A stretch of 26,355 bases of DNA from a virus (taxonomy: Duplodnaviria; Caudoviricetes), in IMG/VR virus record IMGVR_UViG_3300012952_000113, positions 1 through 26,355 of that record; one strand, given 5' to 3'. The translations under genes and the position numbers were made by a program. Within the stretch, counting starts at the first letter, position 1, and each line of letters begins with the position of its first letter. Shown piece by piece: positions 16,888 to 24,523 of this stretch. The notes under the pieces were generated by a model that saw only the letters and a list, made by a program, of their open reading frames with translations, searched no databases and was not told the DNA's origin.

Positions 16888-19800
16888 ATGCCAAGAAGCG
16901 GATGGGCGTATACAGATTTAGGGTACTTTAAGGAGTTGGGCGGACCTACGGGTTCTGTCCAGTTTTTAGTATCACAAACCGAACTAAGCGGAAGTCAGTA
17001 TTTCGTATATTCTACTGCTTCAAACAATATTGGCATTGGGTTAACGAGCTATCATGGCGTTGGCGACATGGAGATCGGCAAAGGCCTTCCTGCAGCGGAA
17101 CACAAAGTACACATTGTCGGAGATGTATCTGTAACAGGTTCGATTTATGCCGACAACTATATCATCAAAAATGTATCGCAGGTTGAATCTGATGGCGATA
17201 CCAAGTTTGGAGACACTTCCGCAGATTACCATGTCTTTACCGGTAGCGTTTCTGTTAGTCAAAAATTGGCCATAGGAATAGACACCCCAGAGACATTACT
17301 TCATGTTCGAAACGGAACTGCCGGCACTATTGCAACAATTGACGGAGCAATCTTAACCTTAGAGTCTAACGAAAAGCCCAAAATACATTTTCAGTCTCCC
17401 GGCGCTTATGGAGGTTCAATTGTCTTTGGTTCTCCTACCGACAACGACGAAGGGCAGATCGACTACGATCATGGTTCAGATAGATTCCTGTTCAAGACCG
17501 GCGGAAACACCAAAATGACGATTTTGGGCTCTAATGTTGGAATCGGAACAAGTAGTCCTTCCCAATTGTTAGATGTCGATGGCACCGCTACCGTGAACGG
17601 CTTACAAATTGCTAGTTCTGCAGTGATGGCGAACATCTTAGATGAAGATGATATGGCGTCCGACTCTGCCACGGCTCTTGCAACACAGCAAAGTATCAAG
17701 GCCTATGTCGATACTACAGTAACAGCGCAAGATCTCGACTTTCAAGGAGATTCCGGAGGCGCCCTGAGCATTGACTTGGATAGCGAAACGCTTTCTATAG
17801 TTGGTGGCACTGGAGTAACGACAGCCGGCTCAGGAAATCAGGTATCTATCGCCACTGACGCAGCGCAGACTCATGTTACTTCGGTTGGAACGCTGACTTC
17901 TTTAGCGGTCACTGGCGATTTAACTGTTGACACGAGCACACTCAAAGTGGATTCCACAAATAATAGTGTTGGAATCGGCACTGCCGCACCCGCCGACCAG
18001 CCTGACGAAAAGAACGATCTTGTTGTTGGGAATTCGTCAGGCCATCACGGAATGACAATTGCTTCTGGTGTGACCAGCATTGGCACAATCAGATTTGCGC
18101 CCAATACATCAGTGAATGACATAGAGGGTTGGATTGATTATTCCGGTAACACCAAAAAAATGAGATTTGGGACAGACGGTTTAAATACCAGAATGACGAT
18201 CGACAACACCGGGAAAGTCGGAATTGGAACTGGTACAATAAATTCTACTTTAACTGTTGACGGGAATATCGCCGCCGCCGCATCTGGGTACCTTAATTTT
18301 GGTACGACAGATGGCTCAAGCGGATATGGCTTTAGAGATAATAGCGGTACCGTAGAGTTTAAGAACTCGGGCGGTTCATGGGCAACCTTCGGAGCCGGCG
18401 CCATGACTTCTTATGTTCTTGAAGACGCTGATGGAACAGAGGTGACAGTTGGTGATGGTAACGAGGTTAAGTTAACTGGCGCCGACGGTATCACAATTAA
18501 TTTTACAGATACGGATCCCGGATCGGACGCGGATCCATATGACCTGACTCTTACACTCGATTTAGCCGCGGCAACAGCCGCAGCAGTCACTGTCAGCGCA
18601 GACTCGATTGCGATCATCGATGCGGATGATTCTAGTGCGACGAAAAAAGAAAGCATTGCAGATTTAATCACCGCAGTCGCCGGCGTAACGGCCACCACAG
18701 GACTAACGGCCACTAGCGGAGTGCTCGGCGTAACTGATTTGCATCCCGTCGGAGTAGACGGCTCAGCAAACCAACTCTTAACAGACGATGGTGATGGAAC
18801 CGTTACTTCTGAGGCAAAAGCAAAAGTCGACGGTGCAACAATGACACTAGGCGACGGCACGGCTGAAGACACAGTACTGATGTTTGATGGAAATGCTGTC
18901 GACTTTTATGTTGCTTTGGATGATAATGAAGATGACTTTGCAATCGGTGTTGGGAATTCGGTCACGCCGAACAATACAGTAATTGCGATTAATGACTCCG
19001 GACAAATTCAGGCAAGAGACGCGTTTGCTGCGAATGTTGCCGGCACATTTGGTACATTTGCCGGCGGAGATACTTCTCCTTCTGTAGCTACCGGTAACTT
19101 GTGGAAGACGGACAACAGTACTGCGCACACTATTGATGATTTCGATGATGGCATCGCAGGCCAGACCATAGTGGTCCTCTCAACACACACTGTTACTTTT
19201 GATGTGACCAGCACCAATCTCCACGGAGGATCTACAAACATTACCACCGCCAATGGAGACATGACGGTTTGGGCAAACGCAGATGGTACAAACTGGTATC
19301 TTGTACAATTTATGGATGTCAGCGCAGATATGTCATCTCCCGCCGCCGCCGGCGGTACGATGAGCAGCTTTAGCTTAGCTGGCGATGCAGGCTCAGCCCA
19401 GACGATCGAAAACGGAAACACTCTTACGATATCTGGCGGTACAGGAATCGACACAGCCGCAGGAGCAACAGACACAGCAGTTATTACGCTGGATTTAACA
19501 GAAGTAATGACAAACTCAGCAGTCGCCAACGCCGTCTTAACTTCCGACGGAGACGGAACCTTAACTGCAGAAACTGGCTTAAAGTTTAGCTCAACCACAC
19601 TTGAAATTGGTTCGGATGCATCGTCAATTGTGTTCGGCGCCGACGGCGAAGTACAACTATCACACCAGCACAACACAGGATTAGAGATTATAGCAGCAAA
19701 CCCAGCAACCGATGGGTGTGTCGGGATGCTCAAACTGACAGCAGAGTCGACAGGAACACCAGCGAACGGCTTCGGCGCAGGGCTTGTTTTCGCGGTCGAA

Positions 19801-20844
19801 ACCGCCGCAGGTTCTCCCGGCAATACAGAAATTGGCGGCGTGTTCGACGCAGAAGTAACAGATACTACAAGTACATCGGAAGATTTTGCCTTTGTGTGGA
19901 GACTGATGCAAAACGGCGCCAGCATTTCGGAGCGCATGAGACTTAAATCAGACGGCACCATAGCATTGTCCGCAGGCTCCGCCGGCGATCCAAACATTCT
20001 GTTCGATATTAATGGAACCGGAAAATGGCGCCTTGGAGTTGATGATAGCGACAGCGATAAGTTTAAGATTGATGGCGGCAGCGGGCTAGTAGGATCTTCG
20101 ACCGCTTTCTCAATTAACTCGGGAGGACAGACAGGAGTAGGCTACGGCGGCGACTTTACCGGATACCCAGCTGGCTCAATGCTCCATGTGCAGAATGTTG
20201 GCGCAAACTCAGGGATCTGCATACAGCAAAACTTAGCCGCCGCCGGCGGACCCCATCTGTTATTCAGCAAGAGTCGCAACACCACTCCCGGCACAACGGA
20301 CACCTCTGTAGCAGATAACGACGAGCTTGGAATGATTGTTTGGGGCGGCGCCGACGGCAGTGATGTCATTCCGGCAGCTAAAATTGCAGCAATTACAGAT
20401 GGCACTATCGCTAACAATCAGATACCAACAAGGATGGAATTTTATGTCGCCGGCGCAGGCGAGAAGCTCACAGCATTCGGCGGTGGAGACACCTTTGCAA
20501 TGAGAATCATTAACAATGGAACGCTAGAAACTAACAGCGGCCTTGCTTATAAGACAACAATGCATACTGGGGCCGGCGGATCCGCAAACATTTTAGCTAC
20601 TTCGTGCTTCCATTTAGTTAATACAGCCAGCAATACTCATACTTTAAATTTGCCGGCAGCGAATTCTGTCTCAGCTGGTCAGATATTTATTATCAAAGAT
20701 GCTGGCAACGCAGGTTCCAACAACATCTTGGTTGTCAGAAATGGCTCCGATACTATTGACGGCATCACATCTTATACGATTAATTCAAACTATGGTTCTA
20801 TCAGCATTGTTTCAAACGGTTCAAATACATGGCATGTGATATGA
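16888..20844 (+). CDS. Large fibre-like virion protein (1318 aa)
   Basis: GAGGAG SD; Gly/Thr/Asp/Ala-rich; repeated (N/K/S)VGIGT motifs typical of phage fibres; C-terminal LNLPAA...GQIFIIKD...TIDG...WHVI domain. Confidence 0.8.
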   Translation: MPRSGWAYTDLGYFKELGGPTGSVQFLVSQTELSGSQYFVYSTASNNIGIGLTSYHGVGDMEIGKGLPAAEHKVHIVGDVSVTGSIYADNYIIKNVSQVESDGDTKFGDTSADYHVFTGSVSVSQKLAIGIDTPETLLHVRNGTAGTIATIDGAILTLESNEKPKIHFQSPGAYGGSIVFGSPTDNDEGQIDYDHGSDRFLFKTGGNTKMTILGSNVGIGTSSPSQLLDVDGTATVNGLQIASSAVMANILDEDDMASDSATALATQQSIKAYVDTTVTAQDLDFQGDSGGALSIDLDSETLSIVGGTGVTTAGSGNQVSIATDAAQTHVTSVGTLTSLAVTGDLTVDTSTLKVDSTNNSVGIGTAAPADQPDEKNDLVVGNSSGHHGMTIASGVTSIGTIRFAPNTSVNDIEGWIDYSGNTKKMRFGTDGLNTRMTIDNTGKVGIGTGTINSTLTVDGNIAAAASGYLNFGTTDGSSGYGFRDNSGTVEFKNSGGSWATFGAGAMTSYVLEDADGTEVTVGDGNEVKLTGADGITINFTDTDPGSDADPYDLTLTLDLAAATAAAVTVSADSIAIIDADDSSATKKESIADLITAVAGVTATTGLTATSGVLGVTDLHPVGVDGSANQLLTDDGDGTVTSEAKAKVDGATMTLGDGTAEDTVLMFDGNAVDFYVALDDNEDDFAIGVGNSVTPNNTVIAINDSGQIQARDAFAANVAGTFGTFAGGDTSPSVATGNLWKTDNSTAHTIDDFDDGIAGQTIVVLSTHTVTFDVTSTNLHGGSTNITTANGDMTVWANADGTNWYLVQFMDVSADMSSPAAAGGTMSSFSLAGDAGSAQTIENGNTLTISGGTGIDTAAGATDTAVITLDLTEVMTNSAVANAVLTSDGDGTLTAETGLKFSSTTLEIGSDASSIVFGADGEVQLSHQHNTGLEIIAANPATDGCVGMLKLTAESTGTPANGFGAGLVFAVETAAGSPGNTEIGGVFDAEVTDTTSTSEDFAFVWRLMQNGASISERMRLKSDGTIALSAGSAGDPNILFDINGTGKWRLGVDDSDSDKFKIDGGSGLVGSSTAFSINSGGQTGVGYGGDFTGYPAGSMLHVQNVGANSGICIQQNLAAAGGPHLLFSKSRNTTPGTTDTSVADNDELGMIVWGGADGSDVIPAAKIAAITDGTIANNQIPTRMEFYVAGAGEKLTAFGGGDTFAMRIINNGTLETNSGLAYKTTMHTGAGGSANILATSCFHLVNTASNTHTLNLPAANSVSAGQIFIIKDAGNAGSNNILVVRNGSDTIDGITSYTINSNYGSISIVSNGSNTWHVI

Positions 20845-20925
20845 TATTATTTGCAAAAAACTTTACATTTCATTAATACAGCGTTCTCATCTATAGAAGA
20901 GAAAAAAGCTATTTTTGAATCCTCC

Positions 20926-20957
20926 AGGGCCTCCCGAACAGGGAGGCTCTTTCCTTT
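20926..20957 (+). terminator. Rho-independent terminator
   Basis: 10-bp stem agggcctccc/gggaggctct (one G-U), loop gaaca, followed by ttccttt. Confidence 0.75.
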
Positions 20958-20964
20958 GTGGTTG

Positions 20965-20972
20965 ACTACTTA
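20965..20972 (+). promoter_or_regulatory. Putative late promoter motif variant ACTACTTA
   Basis: Directly after the terminator and ahead of the leader hairpin and the 21069 gene. Confidence 0.45.
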
Positions 20973-20984
20973 ACTGTGCATAAT

Positions 20985-21032
20985 ACGCGTGACTGCGCGC
21001 CGATCTATGTTATCGACAGTGCAGTTGCGCGT
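20985..21032 (+). other. Long RNA hairpin in the 5' leader of the 663-aa gene
   Basis: acgcgtgactgcgc pairs with gtgcagttgcgcgt over 14 bp (3 G-U); inner cgat/atcg stem. Confidence 0.7.
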
Positions 21033-21068
21033 TTTTAAACATAATAATCTTTAGGAGGATTTAATTTT

Positions 21069-23060
21069 ATGGCTTATAAAGCAGATTTACAACAAGGTGG
21101 TACATTAACTACCACCAACAAAATTCAATTTAACGACTCTGGAGTTTTCATTCACAGTGATTCCGACGGAAGTCTTGTTATTCAGGCTGACGGAGCCGCA
21201 GCTTTGAAGGCTGACTCGCTCAGCCTTCAAAACTCTGCCAACGGTGCACCGGGCGAGCTTCGCATCTTAGAAGACGGCGCCAACGGCACTAACTATGTCG
21301 GGTTCAAAGCGGCAGCAACTCTTGGAGGCAACATAGTTTGGCAGCTGCCGAACGCTGATGCCGGTAGCTCCGGATATGCTCTTGTTTCTGATGGATCTGG
21401 TGTCTTGTCTTGGGCAGATGTTTCGTCAACCCTTAACATTGATGGTTTGACCGACGGTACTGGCGTGACAATTGCTACCGACGACAAAATAGCGATTTCC
21501 GACGGAGGTGCTGAAAAATATGTGGAAATGTCCCAGTTAGAAACCTTCATGGAGACTAACCTTGACACTCTGTCTAATGTAACCACAGTCGGCGCACTTG
21601 CTGCTGGCTCTATCGCTTCTGGTTTCGGCGCTATTGACAACGGTACAAGCAACATTACTACTGGTGGTATCCTCAGTCTTGATGCCGATGTCAGTTCCGC
21701 ACCGGGCAATGCTCAGGTGGCAGTTGGGCAGGCTGGTTCTCTTCGTCTTGGTGCCGGCGGTGACGCTGGTCTCGCTGTTTACGATGACGATCTCTATATT
21801 GAGAATGTCACCTCAAACAAAGATCTCATCTTCCGTGCCAATGTCGGCGGTACCTACACTACCGTAGCTACTCTCGACGGCGCTAATGGTCTTTTTGACA
21901 TCGTGGCTGGAAAGCTAGCTCTTGGCGGCACCGCAGTTTCTGCAACTGCTGCTGAACTTAACCTTATCGATGGCGGTACTGCTCGCGGTACTGACGCTGT
22001 TGCTTCTGGAGATGGCCTTTTGGTCAACGACAACGGCACAATGAAGATGACCAATGTCGATACTGTATCGACATATTTTGCTGCCCACTCTGTTGGTGGT
22101 ACAAATATGGTCACAGTCGGCGCCCTTGACGCTGGTTCTATTTCTAGCGGCTTCGGAGCTATTGACAACGGCACCTCTGGTATTAGAACTAACACCTTTA
22201 CAGCGGAGACTTCTGTTCTTCCTGATGCTGCTGGTGGCGCTGATCTTGGATCGGCCACCGCCGAATGGGGTGATATCTATATTGCTGACGATAAAGGCAT
22301 CAAGTTTGGTTCCGATCAAGATGTGACGATAGAGTACGACGAAGATGGCACTGATGCCCTTCTTATCTCTGGTGGAGATGTTGTCCTTTCTGATGACAAA
22401 AAGTTCTATTTCGGTACCGGCAAAGATGCTTCAATCGAGTACGATGAGGATGGAACCGATCAACTTCGTCTTGCACTTCCTGCTGCAGGTATGGTGCTTG
22501 GCGGCGTAACACCAACGCTTGTCATCGGTGATGCCGGCGCAGAAGACGCCAGCTTACTGTTTGATGGCAATGCTTTAGACTTTCATGTAGGATTAGATGA
22601 TAGTGCTGATAAGTTAGTTATAGGTAAGGGTGGCACGCTTGGATCATCGACTGCTATAGCAATTGATACGAACTTGAAGTCTACATTCGGTGGCGATGTT
22701 CAAACCAATTCTGCTCTTATCGTGGGTGAGAGCCTTAAGTATTCTAGCATGTTCAAGGTTAGTACCACAGTTGGTACAGGCGAAAATATCGCAGCCTCCG
22801 CTAGTGTTATTTTGGTTGATTGCCAATCCGGTGCAGATTGCCTCATGAACTTACCAGCTTCTAGCGTTGTTGGAGCAGGACATACCATTATCTTTAAGAG
22901 AGTGGATGGCCAGGCGGCTCGGAAGGGAATCATTCAGGCCTCAGCGACCAGCGAGACGATCGATGGAGTAGCTTCCCTCACCGGCGAAGTGGAGTTGACT
23001 GAGCTGGGACAAGCTGTGACAATGATGTGCGCGGCTTCTGGTTCTTGGATCATCTTGTAA
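21069..23060 (+). CDS. Fibre/decoration-like virion protein (663 aa)
   Basis: AGGAGG SD; Gly/Asp/Ala/Thr-rich; internal repeats; C-terminal NLPAS...GHTIIFKR...TIDG...WIIL domain similar to that of the 1318-aa protein. Confidence 0.8.
   Translation: MAYKADLQQGGTLTTTNKIQFNDSGVFIHSDSDGSLVIQADGAAALKADSLSLQNSANGAPGELRILEDGANGTNYVGFKAAATLGGNIVWQLPNADAGSSGYALVSDGSGVLSWADVSSTLNIDGLTDGTGVTIATDDKIAISDGGAEKYVEMSQLETFMETNLDTLSNVTTVGALAAGSIASGFGAIDNGTSNITTGGILSLDADVSSAPGNAQVAVGQAGSLRLGAGGDAGLAVYDDDLYIENVTSNKDLIFRANVGGTYTTVATLDGANGLFDIVAGKLALGGTAVSATAAELNLIDGGTARGTDAVASGDGLLVNDNGTMKMTNVDTVSTYFAAHSVGGTNMVTVGALDAGSISSGFGAIDNGTSGIRTNTFTAETSVLPDAAGGADLGSATAEWGDIYIADDKGIKFGSDQDVTIEYDEDGTDALLISGGDVVLSDDKKFYFGTGKDASIEYDEDGTDQLRLALPAAGMVLGGVTPTLVIGDAGAEDASLLFDGNALDFHVGLDDSADKLVIGKGGTLGSSTAIAIDTNLKSTFGGDVQTNSALIVGESLKYSSMFKVSTTVGTGENIAASASVILVDCQSGADCLMNLPASSVVGAGHTIIFKRVDGQAARKGIIQASATSETIDGVASLTGEVELTELGQAVTMMCAASGSWIIL
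21585..22178 (+). repeat. Diverged 66-nt coding repeat (21585-21650, 22113-22178)
   Basis: TVGALAAGSIASGFGAIDNGTS versus TVGALDAGSISSGFGAIDNGTS. Confidence 0.85.
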
Positions 23061-23101
23061 TATTATATCGATTTCGATAGTTTAGCACTATTGAGGTTTT
23101 C

Positions 23102-23134
23102 GGGGGCACCTTTCGGGGTGCCCCCATTTTCTTT
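23102..23134 (+). terminator. Rho-independent terminator with UUCG tetraloop
   Basis: gggggcacct-ttcg-gggtgccccc followed by attttcttt. Confidence 0.9.
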
Positions 23135-23164
23135 GTAGAAATATGGGCTTTAGTTAACTAAGAT

Positions 23165-23173
23165 ACTATTTAT
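23165..23173 (+). promoter_or_regulatory. Putative late promoter motif ACTATTTAT
   Basis: Intergenic, after the terminator and before the scaffold-capsid operon. Confidence 0.6.
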
Positions 23174-23230
23174 TTCTGATCTAAAGTAGTTTTACTTTTA
23201 CACTTTATAAGTATTTTTAGGGAGAAACCA

Positions 23231-24481
23231 ATGTCTTCATTGCTGGAACAAGCAATTATTGACGCATCTGCGCTACGAGAAGCAGCGCTTAAGAGTGCGG
23301 AACAATCAATTATCGAAAAGTACTCGCCCGAGATTAAGAGAGCAGTACAGGTAATATTAGAACAAGGGCCACCGATGCCTCCGGGACCACCGGGACCACC
23401 CGGAATGCCACCCGGCCCGCCCGGAATGCCGCCGGGACCACCCGGCATGCCGGCACCCGATCCAACGATGGGACTTTTGCCACCGGGCCAAGCCATGGGC
23501 GGCGCACCCCCACCCGGCGCCGAAGGAGACCCAGCAGCCATGGCAGGTGTTCCTGTCGCTCCATTAGCAGCAGCAGATGGCGAAGCGTTGTGCCCCTGCC
23601 CTGATGAGGGTCAAGAGGTGGAAGTTGATTTAAACAGTTTAGCGGCAAAGATTGATGCCGAAGAGCAGGCCATGGAAGCTGCTCAGCAAGCAGGCATGCC
23701 CCCGGGCGCAATGCCCCCGCCGGGACCCCCCGGACCTCCGGGTATGCCCCCAATGCCGCCCCCAATGCCTCCAGGCCCAAGTCCGATGCAGCCCCCCGGT
23801 GGTGCTCCGGTCATGGAAAACTTGGATAACACAGTTTTATCCCTTAACAGGGACAAATTACAAGAGGTAGTTGATTCCGAAACCTCGGATTCCGCAGTTA
23901 CCGACGAAATTGTAAATAGAATAGCCGAAGAAATAAGGTTAAATCTTGCGTCACCAGATAATATGGATGGCATGCCGGGAAGAAATGTTCCCGACGAGTC
24001 CGTAAAGTTGGCCCAAGAGCAAGCCGAAGCTGAGGCCGCAGTTTCAGAGGAGCAGGAAGAAGAGGATGATTCGTTGAAAGAGACATTACAAGCTCTTCAG
24101 CGAGAATTACTCTACCACAGAGATAGAAGCAGCAAATATGATAAAGTTTTTGCCAGAATGCAAGAGCACATCACTCGCGTTAATTTATCTAACGCTAAGC
24201 TGCTTTACACGAACCGTGTTTTGGGCGATCCCTCGCTGAATGAGCGACAGAGAAACAAAATTGTCGACGCGATCTCGCAGTGCGGTTCAGTAGAAGAGGC
24301 AAAAGTCATCTATGAGACTCTTCAAAGCGCAGTGGGTAGTACTACTAGTAGTAAAAAGCCACAATCACTACGCGAAGCTGTAACAAGAGACCGGTCACTT
24401 TTACTTCCTAGGCGCAAGCAGAAGAAATCTGTTGATACTCAATTGTATACACGGATGAAAACTCTTGCAGGTTTAGAATAG
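23231..24481 (+). CDS. Prohead core scaffold protein (T4 gp22-like position) with polyproline inserts
   Basis: GGGAG SD; directly upstream of the capsid gene; helical N-terminus, acidic coiled coil and C-terminal RMKTLAGL; two P/G/M-rich tracts. Confidence 0.75.
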   Translation: MSSLLEQAIIDASALREAALKSAEQSIIEKYSPEIKRAVQVILEQGPPMPPGPPGPPGMPPGPPGMPPGPPGMPAPDPTMGLLPPGQAMGGAPPPGAEGDPAAMAGVPVAPLAAADGEALCPCPDEGQEVEVDLNSLAAKIDAEEQAMEAAQQAGMPPGAMPPPGPPGPPGMPPMPPPMPPGPSPMQPPGGAPVMENLDNTVLSLNRDKLQEVVDSETSDSAVTDEIVNRIAEEIRLNLASPDNMDGMPGRNVPDESVKLAQEQAEAEAAVSEEQEEEDDSLKETLQALQRELLYHRDRSSKYDKVFARMQEHITRVNLSNAKLLYTNRVLGDPSLNERQRNKIVDAISQCGSVEEAKVIYETLQSAVGSTTSSKKPQSLREAVTRDRSLLLPRRKQKKSVDTQLYTRMKTLAGLE

Positions 24482-24523
24482 CACAAACATAAAACAATAC
24501 AAACAAAAAGGAGAAATATTAAA

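Noticed and set aside
20845-21068. tRNA or known riboswitch in the largest intergenic gap
   Set aside because: No cloverleaf, T-loop or recognisable aptamer consensus; the gap is explained by a terminator, a promoter motif and a hairpin.
23367-23812. Collagen triple-helix domain in the scaffold
   Set aside because: The Gly-X-Y register breaks every few residues (7-aa PGMPPGP period), too short for a stable triple helix.
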